Source: Planctomycetota bacterium (lineage in GTDB: Bacteria > Planctomycetota > B15-G4). Taken from it: 64,000 bases of DNA. The notes under the pieces are model-generated. The model was not told the DNA's origin, ran no database searches, and saw only the letters and a list, made by a program, of their open reading frames with translations. The translations under genes were made by a program, and so were the position numbers. Location: positions 987,102 through 1,051,101 of the forward strand of contig BQJR01000001.1 in assembly GCA_021604805.1 (NCBI GenBank). The letters are read 5' to 3'. Shown in pieces: positions 18,024-28,047 of the stretch. Position 1 is the stretch's first letter, and each line of letters opens with the position of its first letter.

Positions 18024-19670
18024 TCACTCGATGATCACGCTCCGGCTGCGTGTCACGTGCCGCAACTGGAACTTGAGCGCGGCGAACTCGAGGTCGAAGG
18101 TCGCTGCCGCCACGTGGATCGGCAAGCCGATCAGCAGCGGGTTGCTGGGCAAGGTCACGCTGGCCAGACCGAGTTCACTCGTGCCGAGCACACCCTGGAA
18201 GCCTTCGAAGGGTGAGGGCGCGCCGTCGGGATTGTTGAGCGAGAAGCGGAACAGCGCGTCGAAGTCCACCGGGAGCACGCGGCCATCGGGCAGCGCCAGG
18301 CCGGTGCCCGCGGAGAAGGCGGCGGCCAGGATGTAGAACTGGTCTTCGCCGCCGGGCAAGTCGAGCAGCCAACCGTGGATGCCGCCGATCTCGGGCGTGC
18401 CGAGCGGCGTGATCGCCGGGCGCTCGAACAAGCGCAGGTAGACATCTTCGCCGTTGTTCCCCGGGCCACTCTTGCCGGGACCTGAATAGGTGAACGCGAA
18501 GAGTTCACCCGACGCGTCGAGCGCGACCTGCGGGCGCAGGTAGTCGCCGGGGTAGCCCTCGCTCACTTCGAACTGATTGCCCTCGGGCTTGCCCGAGCGA
18601 TCGAAGTGACGCGCCATGATGCGCCAGTCGCCCTGGCTGTCGTCCTGCCAGGTGACGCAGAAGTTGCCCAGGTAGTCGGCGGCGACTTCGGGGAGGCGCT
18701 GCGTGCCGGCCGCCGATCCGTTCACGCGGAACTCAGGGCCGAGCGGCTGCGCGTCGCGATCGTAGAGGCGCGCGTAGATGCCCGCGCTGCTGCCGTCGTT
18801 GCCCCAGTCTTCCCACACGATGATGAAGCCGCCGAAGCCGTAGTCGATGCCGGCGGCCGCCATGCGTGGTTCGAGTTGGTCGAAGTCGAGCGTGTTCTCG
18901 TTGACCAGGAACTCTTCGGTTTGCAGCGCGGCGCCGGTCTCGTCGTAGAGCCGCGCCCAGAGGTTCGTGCCGGTGCCGCCCGCGCCGTGGCCGCTGAAGT
19001 CGGCGAACACGTAGAGCAGCTGACCGTCGCGGGTGAGCGCGTGTTCGGCCTCGGTCTGACCGTTGCTGTCGAAGGTGTTGACCTGCGCGTCGGGACCGCG
19101 TGGTGTGCCGTCGGTGTCGAAGAAGGTGAGGTAGGCGTCGCCGTCGCTGTCACCGTTGAAGCTCACCGACCAACCGCCACCGGGCAGCGCGTTGGGGTGC
19201 GGCTCCCACTGGCTCTTCGCCACCTTCTGGTTGAGTTGGATCTCAGGACCCAGCGGAAGGTCGTCGGGGCCGAAGATGCGGCCGAAGCAGCCCATCTTCT
19301 CGCCGGTACCCATGGCACCGCCGTCGTAATCGTTGCGGTCCGACCAGCACACGAGCACGTTGCCGGCGTCGTCCATGGCCACCATCGGCTCGTCCTGCAC
19401 GCCGTCGATCAGCACGGTGTTCACTTGCTGCTCGGGGCCGCGCGGCGTGCCGTCGCCGTCGTAGAAGCGGATCCACACTTCGTTGCCGAGCACGGAGCTC
19501 CAGGCCACGGCGAGGCGGGTGCCGTCTTGCGACATGGCGACCTTGCCCCACTCCTGTTGGTAGCCGAGCGTTTCGTTGACCACGAGCTCGGGGCCGAGCG
19601 GCGCGGGATCGCCAGCCAGGGCGACGCCGGCGAAGAGCAGGGTGCTGAGCGAGCGGGCGATCAGGCGCAC
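18024..19670 (-). CDS. Secreted beta-propeller-like repeat protein with an uncharacterised C-terminal domain
   Basis: 548 aa. Signal peptide. Six or more repeats carry the signature (D/S)G.P.GPE..VN (DGTPRGPEQQVNT, DDLPLGPEIQLNQ, DGTPRGPDAQVNT, DAQPLGPEFRVNG, SGKPEGNQFEVSE), each followed by a V.W strand. Confidence 0.7.
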   Translation of the reverse strand: MRLIARSLSTLLFAGVALAGDPAPLGPELVVNETLGYQQEWGKVAMSQDGTRLAVAWSSVLGNEVWIRFYDGDGTPRGPEQQVNTVLIDGVQDEPMVAMDDAGNVLVCWSDRNDYDGGAMGTGEKMGCFGRIFGPDDLPLGPEIQLNQKVAKSQWEPHPNALPGGGWSVSFNGDSDGDAYLTFFDTDGTPRGPDAQVNTFDSNGQTEAEHALTRDGQLLYVFADFSGHGAGGTGTNLWARLYDETGAALQTEEFLVNENTLDFDQLEPRMAAAGIDYGFGGFIIVWEDWGNDGSSAGIYARLYDRDAQPLGPEFRVNGSAAGTQRLPEVAADYLGNFCVTWQDDSQGDWRIMARHFDRSGKPEGNQFEVSEGYPGDYLRPQVALDASGELFAFTYSGPGKSGPGNNGEDVYLRLFERPAITPLGTPEIGGIHGWLLDLPGGEDQFYILAAAFSAGTGLALPDGRVLPVDFDALFRFSLNNPDGAPSPFEGFQGVLGTSELGLASVTLPSNPLLIGLPIHVAAATFDLEFAALKFQLRHVTRSRSVIIE

Positions 19671-19775
19671 GAGATGACTCTCCGGAGGCGGTGGGACGCG
19701 GGGAGGCGCTGCACAGAGCTTACCGCTCTTTCGTCCTCGGCTGGATTCGGCTCCTAGCTGGAGGCCTGAAACGAC

Positions 19776-19810
19776 GTGCGCCCGCCCTCCACGCGGGAGG
19801 ACGGGCGCAC
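19776..19810 (-). terminator. GC-rich stem-loop, candidate intrinsic terminator of the collagen-like gene
   Basis: GTGCGCCCGCCCTCC-ACGC-GGGAGG(A)CGGGCGCAC forms a 15-bp stem with one bulge. On the minus strand it is followed by GUCGUUUCAG, which is only a short U tract. It lies 41 nt downstream of the stop at 19851. Confidence 0.45.
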
Positions 19811-19850
19811 GCAGCGGGCGCCGAGGCGCCGCGAGGTCACCTCAGCTCAC

Positions 19851-21698
19851 TCAGGGAGCGGCCTGATAACCGAACTCCACGTTGGCCGCAGCCGGCTCAG
19901 CGAGCTGGACCACGAAGTAGCCCGGGCCGCGCTCGGAGATCCAGGAGCGGCTGCCGGGGTCGCCGTAGAAGCTCAGCACCGTGAGGCTCGTGGGCGCCAG
20001 CTTGGCGTCGTAGACGATCACGCTCGTGTCGCCGGCACGCAGGCTCGCCGTTCCCGACGTCACCAGCGTGGTGCCCTGGATCGGGGCGCGCGCTGCGCCC
20101 GTCTCGAGCTTCACGAAGGCGACCAGGGTGGCGCTCATGCCATCCCAGTTCTCCAGCGCGATGCCGAGCACCGGGCCGCTGCCCGTGTGCTTGGCGGCGG
20201 TGCCGGGCAGGCTGCCCAGACCGAGCGCGTCGCCAGCGGCGATCATGCCACCCGAACCGTCGACGATCAGCGGCACGCGACCAGCGAGGGCCACGTAGAC
20301 GTGATCCTTACGAGCGGCCTCGAGCGCGATCCACTCTTGGCGCAACGTGGCGGCGACTTGCTTCTCACCGCGCACGAAGGCTTCGCGCGACGCGGCGAGC
20401 AGTTGCGGCTGCAGGCCGCCCATCACCGACTCGTCGGCCAGCTTGAGGCCCGGCTCCGTGGACACGATGCCGAGCACACCCGCCGAACCCTTGCGCGCAG
20501 CGATCACGTGCTCAGGACGGTTCGGGTCGACCGCCACGACCATGCCAGGACGCAAGGCCATGTCAGCCGTGGGGTAGTACTCGGCGAGGTCGAGACCGTT
20601 GCCGACCACTGCACCCGCGACGAGCAGGTCGGCCTGATCGTTGAGGCGCATGATGTCGTCGAAGAGGCCCGTGTTGCCGTCGTCGAACCACTGGAACCAG
20701 GCGCCCGGATCGTTGTCGTCGTTGTCGCGCACGAACTGCACGTCGAAGTTGCTGCGCAGGTTGAGCGCGCCGTTGATGTCGTTGCGCACTTCGCCGCCGC
20801 TGGTGATGAGCGCACCGAAGGCGCGCACGTTACCGGCACTGGCCGTCACCGAAGTGCCGGCTGCGGTGGCGGTGATCGACTCGACTTCGCCGCCGTCGAA
20901 GAGCTCACCTTGCTCGCCCTTGGGCCCTTGCGGACCCTCGGGACCCACGGGGCCAGGCGCGCCATCGGCGCCAGCAGGACCGTCTGCGCCAGCGGGGCCG
21001 ATCGCGCCATCAGCGCCAGCGGGACCCTGCGGGCCCATGGGACCTTCGGGGCCAGCAGCGCCGTCGGCACCTGCGGGGCCCTCGGGACCCTCGGGGCCTT
21101 CGAGCCCGGTGGTGTTGCCGAGCCAGTTCCCGTCGGCGTCGACCAACAGCTCACCGTTCAGGAAGATCTCCGACGTGTTCAGCGGCAGGGTCGTGATGCC
21201 CAAGCCGAGCGAGCGCGCCGGGGAGCGGGCGAAGAGCTTGTTGAACGTGCCGTTCTTCTTGAAGGTCGAGACCTGCGTGGTGAAGAACACGTCCTTGAGG
21301 AAGACCTCTTCGGGCAGGTCGCGGCTCGAGCCCAGGGAGACGTCGTAGGAACCGACAATGGCGTTCGGTTCGACGAACTGGCCCTCACCGGGAGAGCTCG
21401 CAGCCAGCGGGTCCTTGGCCTGCGCGCTCACGACGAACTGCTCGGTCCAAGCGGCGCCTTGCTCGTCGAGCACGGCATCCGTGGCGCCGATGTCGTTCCA
21501 CAACGCCACAGTGACGGTGAAGGTGCCGTTCGCGCCGCTCTTGAAGGGCTTGAACTTGGTTTTCTCACCTTCGCCCTTGGACGAAAACAGGGGCGTGTGC
21601 AAACGAATGACGGGGTCCGTCTGCGCGGTGCTCTCGGGAGCCGTGAAGCTCACCACCAGCGCACCCAGACAGAAGGACGCAACCCAACGCTTAAGCAT
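19851..21698 (-). CDS. Secreted collagen-like triple-helix repeat protein with a large non-collagenous C-terminal domain
   Basis: 615 aa from ATG 21698 (signal peptide [26 protein letters not shown]). An uninterrupted run of 22 G-X-Y triplets is followed by about 350 aa of C-terminal domain containing DLAEYYP...LRPGMVVAV. The track ORF extends to 21854. Confidence 0.8.
   Translation of the reverse strand: MLKRWVASFCLGALVVSFTAPESTAQTDPVIRLHTPLFSSKGEGEKTKFKPFKSGANGTFTVTVALWNDIGATDAVLDEQGAAWTEQFVVSAQAKDPLAASSPGEGQFVEPNAIVGSYDVSLGSSRDLPEEVFLKDVFFTTQVSTFKKNGTFNKLFARSPARSLGLGITTLPLNTSEIFLNGELLVDADGNWLGNTTGLEGPEGPEGPAGADGAAGPEGPMGPQGPAGADGAIGPAGADGPAGADGAPGPVGPEGPQGPKGEQGELFDGGEVESITATAAGTSVTASAGNVRAFGALITSGGEVRNDINGALNLRSNFDVQFVRDNDDNDPGAWFQWFDDGNTGLFDDIMRLNDQADLLVAGAVVGNGLDLAEYYPTADMALRPGMVVAVDPNRPEHVIAARKGSAGVLGIVSTEPGLKLADESVMGGLQPQLLAASREAFVRGEKQVAATLRQEWIALEAARKDHVYVALAGRVPLIVDGSGGMIAAGDALGLGSLPGTAAKHTGSGPVLGIALENWDGMSATLVAFVKLETGAARAPIQGTTLVTSGTASLRAGDTSVIVYDAKLAPTSLTVLSFYGDPGSRSWISERGPGYFVVQLAEPAAANVEFGYQAAP
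20907..21107 (-). repeat. Collagen G-X-Y repeat-coding tract (22 triplets)
   Basis: Encodes [67 protein letters not shown]. Coordinates were computed from residues 198-264 of the CDS. Confidence 0.85.
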
Positions 21699-21903
21699 GG
21701 TCTCGATTTCCAATGAGGACTCGGATCGCGAGAGGCGGCCGATCGGCGCACCCTCGGGGACTCGCTCCGTACCTACAAGGTATGCCATCCTTCGAAGGCC
21801 GTCAAAATGAGCGGCGCTGCTTTGTACGTGCGGCCCCCGCGCAGGTCGATTCACGGCCGTTTCCGCGCACCGCCTTCACCCGCTGCCTGAACACGGAGCG
21901 CTC

Positions 21904-22728
21904 GTGGCCGTCTTCGTTGTCGGTGACCTGCAAGGCTGCGCGACCAGCTTCGAGTCGCTGCTGAGCGAGATCCGTTTCAGCGCAGATTCCGATCAACTCT
22001 GGCTGGTCGGCGACCTGGTCAATCGCGGTCCCGATTCGCTGCGGGTGCTGCGCTGGGTCTACGCCCATCGAGCCTGCGTGCGCAGCGTTCTGGGCAACCA
22101 CGACCTGCACCTGCTGGCCGCCGCCGCGGGCCGCCGTGAAGCCTCCCCGCGCGACACCCTGGATGCGGTGCTCAGCGCTCCCGACGCCCCCGAGTTGCTC
22201 GCCTGGCTGGCGCGACAGCCCCTCCTTTATGAAGACGCCGGCCACGCCTTGCTCCACGCCGGCCTGCTGCCCAGCTGGTCGTGGGAGCTGGCGCGTCAGC
22301 TCGCACGCGAACTCGAAAGGTCGCTGCAACACGACGGCGGCAGCGCCGTCTGGGAGGCGCTCGCAACCAGAGCCCCGCTCACCTGGAGCGACGACCTCCG
22401 CGGCCTCCCCCGCCTCGCCGCGGCGCTCCAAGCCTTCACGCGCCTGCGCACCTGCAGCGCGAACGGTGAGGTCAACCCGCGCTTCAACGGGCCCCCGAGT
22501 GAAGCGCCCGACGGCTGCATGCCCTGGTTCGACGTCCCGCACGCGGCCTGGCGCGGCGGGCCTCGCGTGCTCTTCGGACACTGGGCCGCGCTCGGCCTGC
22601 ATCACACGCGCGAGGTCGTCGGGCTCGACACGGGCTGCGTGTGGGGCGGGCGTCTGAGCGCGCTACGCCTCGACGACGACACGATCCACTCCGTGCCAGC
22701 GTCTCCCCGCGACGCTCAGCCCAGGTAG
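21904..22728 (+). CDS. apaH: Bis(5'-nucleosyl)-tetraphosphatase, symmetrical (Ap4A hydrolase)
   Basis: 274 aa. GTG start. Metallophosphoesterase motifs VVGDLQGC, GDLVNRGPDS and GNHDLHLL are collinear with ApaH. Confidence 0.85.
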   Translation: MAVFVVGDLQGCATSFESLLSEIRFSADSDQLWLVGDLVNRGPDSLRVLRWVYAHRACVRSVLGNHDLHLLAAAAGRREASPRDTLDAVLSAPDAPELLAWLARQPLLYEDAGHALLHAGLLPSWSWELARQLARELERSLQHDGGSAVWEALATRAPLTWSDDLRGLPRLAAALQAFTRLRTCSANGEVNPRFNGPPSEAPDGCMPWFDVPHAAWRGGPRVLFGHWAALGLHHTREVVGLDTGCVWGGRLSALRLDDDTIHSVPASPRDAQPR

Positions 22729-23060
22729 TACGCGCTCGCCACGCCCAGCAAGGGCAGCAACAGCACACTCATGCAGCCCCCTTTCTTGGGTGGCGTGGAC
22801 GAGTTGGGATCCAGCGGCTTGCCGCAACTCGTGCAGTTGGGACGCGCTTCCTTGCGCGGGTCGCCCAGCGGGTTCACCTCGGCGCAGTGCGGACAGTGCC
22901 AGGTGCCGTCGGGATCGGGCGGGCCGTCGCGGAAGTACACGGCAGCGGACAGTTCCTCGCGGCAGGGCTCGCCGCAGATCACGTTCCCGTAGAACGTCTT
23001 CTCGGCACCGGTGATGTCCTTGCCGCAGTTCTGGCAGTAGAGCTTCGTGCCCGCCTTCAT
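22716..23060 (-). CDS. Tail-anchored double zinc-ribbon protein
   Basis: 114 aa. Two Cys4 ribbons (CQNCG...CGEPC and CPHCA...CTSCG) and a C-terminal hydrophobic anchor MSVLLLPLLGVASAYYLG. Only the last 115 codons of track ORF 22716..25277 have coding character. Its 3' end overlaps apaH by 13 nt. Confidence 0.6.
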   Translation of the reverse strand: MKAGTKLYCQNCGKDITGAEKTFYGNVICGEPCREELSAAVYFRDGPPDPDGTWHCPHCAEVNPLGDPRKEARPNCTSCGKPLDPNSSTPPKKGGCMSVLLLPLLGVASAYYLG

Positions 23061-23171
23061 GAAGTGCTCCGGGTGAGGTGGCGCGAGCCTAGCACTCGTC
23101 GCGCGGTGGTGACAGGCTCGGCGACAGCGACAGGCTCGCTCGACGCAGCGCAGCGCGTAGGATCCTCCGCT

Positions 23172-26100
23172 ATGGCTTGGCGACTCTGCGTGGACCGCGG
23201 CGGCACCTTCACCGACGTGGTGCTCGTGGCGCCCGACGGCACGCTCTCGGTGCACAAGCTGCTCTCGCGCGACGCAGCCGGCGAAGAAGGCTTGGCGCGC
23301 GCCGTGAAGCTGGCCCAGGCGCGCGGCGCAGCGCTGAGCGAGCTGCGTCTCGGCACCACCGTGGCCACCAATGCGCTGCTCGAACGCCGCGGCGCTCGCG
23401 TGACCCTCGCGCTCACCCACGGTTTCAGCGACCTGCTGCGCATCGACGACCAACGTCGCCCGGAGCTCTTCGAGCTGGCGATCCAGCGCCCGCCGCCACT
23501 GCCGCACGACGTGCTCGCGATCCACGAACGCGTCGACGCGAACGGACAGGTGTTGCGCACGCTCGACGAAGACCGACTCCGCGACGGCTTGCGCGACGTC
23601 GAACACTTGGCTGTGTGTCTGATGCACGCGGACCGGTTTCCTGAACACGAGCTGCGCGTGGCACGGATCGCGCGTGAAGTGGGCGTGCCACACATCACGC
23701 TCTCGCACGAGGTCACGCCCTCGGTGGGCTACCTCGCGCGCGCGTCGACCACCTTGCTCGACGCGGCGCTCACTCCCGTGCTGCAAGCGTCCTTGCGCGA
23801 CTCCCCCACGGCGAGCAGCACGCGTCGCCTCGCGATGCAGTCCTCCGGTGGCTTGGTCGACGTGGCTCACTTCCGCGGGAAAGACGCCGTGCTCTCGGGC
23901 CCGGCCGGCGGCGTGGTGGCTGTGCGCGACGTGGCGCGTCGCGCGGGGCTTCAGCAAGTGCTCGGCGTGGACATGGGCGGCACTTCCACCGACGTGTGTC
24001 GCTGGGACGCAGACGGTGCGGCCCTGCTGCACGAAGGTCGCATCGACGGCCTGCGCCTGCGCGCACCGCGGCTCGACCTCGTGACCGTGGCCGCGGGCGG
24101 CGGCTCGCTGTTGCAGCGCGTCGACGGGCGCTTCTGCGTCGGGCCGCAAAGCGCGGGCGCGCAACCCGGCCCGGCTTGCTACGGCCGCGGCGGCCCGGCC
24201 ACGCTCACCGACGCCGCACTCGTGCTCGGCCTGTTGCGCCCCGCGTTCTTCCCGTCGATCCCGCTCGACGTGCACGCTGCACGCGCGGCGCTCGCCGCCT
24301 TCGGCGACCCCGTCGACGCGGCGCGCGGCTTCCTCGAGGTGGCGCACGAGCGCACCGCGGCCGCGGTGCGTCAGCTCAGCGTGGCGCGCGGCAAAGACCC
24401 GCGTGAACACGCGCTGGTGGCTTTCGGCGGTGCCGGCGCGCAGCACGCCTGCGCGTTGGCGCGCCAGCTCGGCGTGCGCACGGTGCTCGTCCCCGCACAT
24501 GCTGGCGTGCTCTCGGCCTGGGGACTCGCACGCGCCGACCTCGTGGCCCACCGCGAACGCCCCGTGCTCGAAGGCGTCGACACACCCGACTTCCCCGACG
24601 CCGAAGCGCGCGACGCCTTGCTCACCCAAGGCGCCACCGAGGTGCAGCTCACCCGCCGCATCGACGCGCGTTACCTCGGCGCCGAAGCCGCCCTCACGCT
24701 GCCCTGGTCCGACGACTGGCGCGCCGACTTCGCCGCGCGTCATCGCGAGGCGCACGGCTTCGAACGTCCCGGTCATCCGATCGAGCTGGTGAGCGCGCGC
24801 GTGGAAGCCCGCGCCGCCGCCGCGCTCCCCGACGAAGCCGCGCTGCCACTGAAGCGGCAGGCCGCCGTGCCGCTCGAGGACCCCGACCCGCACGACGGCA
24901 CCGCCCATGCGGACCGCCCGCTCTACCGTCGCGCCGAACTCGAGCCGGGTGCGTGGCTCACCGGCCCGGCGCTCATCGTGGAAGACCACGCCAGCACACT
25001 CGTCGACGCAGGCTGGCGCTGCCAAGTCGACGGCTACGGCCAGCTCCGTCTCGACGACGAACGCCCCGACGCACGCAGCCTCACGCTCGGTGATCACGCC
25101 GACCCCGTGGGGCTCGAGCTCTTCGGTCAACGCTTGATGGCGCTCGCCACCGAGATGGGTGAGCAACTGCGTCGCGTGGCGCACTCGACCAACATCAAGG
25201 AGCGGCTCGATTTCTCCTGCGCGCTGTTCAACACCGAAGGCGAGCTGCTCGCGAACGCACCGCACATCCCGGTGCACCTCGGCGCCATGGGCGAGTGCGT
25301 GCGCGACTTGGCCGCGAACGTGGAGCTGCGCGAAGGCGACGCCTGGCTGAGCAACGACCCCGCGCGTGGCGGCTCACATCTGCCGGACCTCACGGTCGTC
25401 ACGCCGGTGTTCCACGCAGGTGAGCGCGTGGGCTTCGTGGCCAACCGCGGACACCACGCCGACCTGGGCGGCAGCCAACCGGGCTCGATGCCGCCCGACT
25501 CCACGCGCCTCGAGCAAGAGGGCGCCTTGCTCTCGCGCGTGCTGCTCCTGCGCGACGGCGAGCTGCGCGAGGCCGATGTCCGTGCGCGACTCAACGCATC
25601 GGGCACACGCGGGATCGCCGAACGCCTCGCCGACCTGCGCGCGCAAGTCGCCTGCAACCGACCCGGCGAACAACGCCTGAGCGCGCTCGCTGCCGAACTC
25701 GGGCACGCGCAGCTCGCGCGCTGGAACGGACACTTGCTCGACCACGGTGAAGCCGTGATGGCCCACGTGGTCGCCACGCTCCAACCCGGCAGCGCCACGC
25801 GCAGACTCGACGACGGCACACCGATCAGCGTGGCGATCCACGCCGACAACGGCCGCGCCGTGATCGACTTCGCGGGCACCGGGCCGCGCGGCGCGCACAA
25901 CCGCCAGGCTCCCCGAGCAGTCGTGCGTGCTTGCGTGCTCTACGTGTTCCGCTGCCTCGCGCGTCGCAGCGTGCCGCTCAACGAAGGTTGCTTCCGGAAG
26001 CTCGAGGTGCGCATCCCGCGCGCCTGCCTGCTCGACCCGCAACCCGGCGATGCCGTGGTCGGTGGCAACGTGGAGACTGCGCAAGTGCTGGTGGACGTGC

Positions 26101-26981
26101 TGCTCGCCGCGCTCGACGTGCAAGCCGCGAGTCAAGGCACGATGAACAACCTCACCTTCGGCGACGACGACTTCGGTTGCTACGAGACGGTCGGCGGCGG
26201 CAGCGGCGCGGGCTTCGGACACGACGGCGCGAGCGGCGTCCACACGCACATGACGAACACGGCGATCACCGACCCCGAGGTGCTCGAGCGGCGTCACCCC
26301 GTGCACGTGGAGCGCTTCGAGTTGCGTCGCGGCTCGGGCGGACACGGCGTCTGGCGCGGCGGCGACGGCCTGATCCGCGCGCTCCGTTTCACGCGGCCGC
26401 TGCAGAGCGCGGTGCTCGCCGAGAGCCGCGCGCAACGTCCACGCGGCCTCCGCGCCGGCGACGGCCTGCCCGGTCGCCAAGCGCTCTCGCCGCGCGGCGC
26501 GACCTTGTGGACACCCGGTGGCGCGGGATACTCACCCGACGCCGCGCAGTGGGCCGCGATGTCCGCCGCCGAAGCGCGCGCGCTCTTCGCGCAAGACCGT
26601 TGGCGCGGCCCCACCACCGGCATCGCGCTGAACGCTCGTCGCGCGCAACTGCTCGTGATCCCGAGCGCGGCGCTGGAGCAGGTGCTTGCAGCGCTCGCGT
26701 CCGACCCGGGCTGCGGTGAGCTGCTGCACGTCGGTGAGCCGGGCGAAGCACGCTGCGAACTCGTCGGGCAACTCGTGGCGCTGGATCGCGAACTCCCGCT
26801 CTACGAACGTCGCAGCGCCTCACGCGACGGCCGCACTCGCGGCGTGCTGCTGAGCAGCGCCCCCACACTCACTTTGGCCGCCGACGAGCGCGTGCTGCTC
26901 GTGGAAGGCAGATCGCCCTCCCCACTCGCCTTCCCGAGCGGCTGCGGCGCTCCCCAGCGAGAGCTGCTCTTCGACGCGTGA
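23172..26981 (+). CDS. Fused hydantoinase A/B-type 5-oxoprolinase (OplA-like) with an extra C-terminal DUF1445-like segment
   Basis: 1269 aa. N-terminus [18 protein letters not shown] (hydantoinase A). The central part ([51 protein letters not shown]) is hydantoinase B and ends at GGAGYSP. An extra tail of about 147 aa follows. The start was refined from track ORF 22641..26981. Confidence 0.85.
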   Translation: MAWRLCVDRGGTFTDVVLVAPDGTLSVHKLLSRDAAGEEGLARAVKLAQARGAALSELRLGTTVATNALLERRGARVTLALTHGFSDLLRIDDQRRPELFELAIQRPPPLPHDVLAIHERVDANGQVLRTLDEDRLRDGLRDVEHLAVCLMHADRFPEHELRVARIAREVGVPHITLSHEVTPSVGYLARASTTLLDAALTPVLQASLRDSPTASSTRRLAMQSSGGLVDVAHFRGKDAVLSGPAGGVVAVRDVARRAGLQQVLGVDMGGTSTDVCRWDADGAALLHEGRIDGLRLRAPRLDLVTVAAGGGSLLQRVDGRFCVGPQSAGAQPGPACYGRGGPATLTDAALVLGLLRPAFFPSIPLDVHAARAALAAFGDPVDAARGFLEVAHERTAAAVRQLSVARGKDPREHALVAFGGAGAQHACALARQLGVRTVLVPAHAGVLSAWGLARADLVAHRERPVLEGVDTPDFPDAEARDALLTQGATEVQLTRRIDARYLGAEAALTLPWSDDWRADFAARHREAHGFERPGHPIELVSARVEARAAAALPDEAALPLKRQAAVPLEDPDPHDGTAHADRPLYRRAELEPGAWLTGPALIVEDHASTLVDAGWRCQVDGYGQLRLDDERPDARSLTLGDHADPVGLELFGQRLMALATEMGEQLRRVAHSTNIKERLDFSCALFNTEGELLANAPHIPVHLGAMGECVRDLAANVELREGDAWLSNDPARGGSHLPDLTVVTPVFHAGERVGFVANRGHHADLGGSQPGSMPPDSTRLEQEGALLSRVLLLRDGELREADVRARLNASGTRGIAERLADLRAQVACNRPGEQRLSALAAELGHAQLARWNGHLLDHGEAVMAHVVATLQPGSATRRLDDGTPISVAIHADNGRAVIDFAGTGPRGAHNRQAPRAVVRACVLYVFRCLARRSVPLNEGCFRKLEVRIPRACLLDPQPGDAVVGGNVETAQVLVDVLLAALDVQAASQGTMNNLTFGDDDFGCYETVGGGSGAGFGHDGASGVHTHMTNTAITDPEVLERRHPVHVERFELRRGSGGHGVWRGGDGLIRALRFTRPLQSAVLAESRAQRPRGLRAGDGLPGRQALSPRGATLWTPGGAGYSPDAAQWAAMSAAEARALFAQDRWRGPTTGIALNARRAQLLVIPSAALEQVLAALASDPGCGELLHVGEPGEARCELVGQLVALDRELPLYERRSASRDGRTRGVLLSSAPTLTLAADERVLLVEGRSPSPLAFPSGCGAPQRELLFDA

Positions 26982-27058
26982 GCAACAGCACGGGTGCGCC
27001 GAGATCGCCGCACCTGAGCCGCGGCGCCGCGCGTCACCGCGCCGCGCGAAGTTCGCGC

Positions 27059-27853
27059 TCAGCCGCCGATGGCTTTGTTGTAGATCTTCATCGCCTCGGG
27101 CATCAGCGCTTGCAGGCGCTCGATGCGCGTTTGCTCCGAGGGGTGCGTCGACAACCATTCGGGCGGGCGATCGCCACTCAGGGCGCCCATGCGCTCCCAC
27201 AACTTCACGGCCTCGCGCGGGTCGTAGCCTGCATGCGCCATGAGCATCAAGCCGATCTCGTCGGCTTCCGACTCGTGCGAGCGACCGAAAGCCAGTGAGC
27301 CGAGTTGCGTGCCGATGCCGAGCGCCTGCAAAGCGATCTCCTTGCCGCTGCCCGACTCCACGTCGCCGGAGAGCGCGGAGACCACGTCGAGCCCGGCGTT
27401 CATGAAGGTGGCCTGGCTCATGCGCTCGCCCCCGTGACGCGCCAGCGCGTGCGCGACCTCGTGCCCCATCACCACAGCCAAGCCATTCACACTCTGCGTG
27501 ATCGGCAACAGCCCGGTGTACACCGCCGACTTACCGCCCGGCAGCGCCCAGGCGTTCACGATGCCCGGCTCGTCGAGCAGCTCGAACTGCCACTGGAAGG
27601 TGGCCGTGACCTTCGGGTAGAGCCGGTCAGCCTGCTCGGCGATGCGCGCGCCGATCTGCTTGACCATCGTGCGTTGCTGCCCGCTCTGGATGACCTTCGA
27701 CTGCGCCAGCTGCTGCTGGTACGCCTCGATGCCCATGGCAGCCTCTTCCTCGGGCGAGAAGATGTTCAGCTGCATGCGCCCTGTGCCCGCCACGGTCGCG
27801 CAACTGATGCTGCTCGCGGCAACGAGCAAGAGGCTGAGGAACAGTCGCGACAT
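27059..27853 (-). CDS. M48-family zinc metallopeptidase (lipoprotein)
   Basis: 264 aa. Signal/lipobox SSISC. HEXXH motif MGHEVAHALARHG and the downstream ESEAD motif. The start was refined from track ORF 27059..28090. Confidence 0.85.
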   Translation of the reverse strand: MSRLFLSLLLVAASSISCATVAGTGRMQLNIFSPEEEAAMGIEAYQQQLAQSKVIQSGQQRTMVKQIGARIAEQADRLYPKVTATFQWQFELLDEPGIVNAWALPGGKSAVYTGLLPITQSVNGLAVVMGHEVAHALARHGGERMSQATFMNAGLDVVSALSGDVESGSGKEIALQALGIGTQLGSLAFGRSHESEADEIGLMLMAHAGYDPREAVKLWERMGALSGDRPPEWLSTHPSEQTRIERLQALMPEAMKIYNKAIGG

Positions 27854-28047
27854 GGGGAACTCCTGGAGCGGAAAAGTCAGCGACCTTCGTATCAGCTGCG
27901 CCACGGCGGGTCGAGCGCCTTCAAGCCTGAGAGTGCACTGAGGCCCGCGAAGCGCAGCTCCGAGCCCGGCCAGGGCCGCTCGCTGCTGTCCCGCCCCCAC
28001 GCGACGCGCAGGCTCCTGCGATGCCAAGCCCGCTCGGCTGACGTACC

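Noticed and set aside
19776-21716. 646-aa plus-strand ORF, and the 235-aa ORF at 20641-21348 with GP-rich sequence
   Set aside because: Both are antisense or shadow frames of the collagen-like gene. The G-X-Y periodicity, signal peptide and GC3 all favour the minus strand.
23061-25277. Upstream 738 codons of the 853-aa minus-strand ORF 22716..25277
   Set aside because: They are antisense to the hydantoinase/oxoprolinase gene. Only the last 114 codons (22716-23060), which lie outside that gene, look like a real protein.
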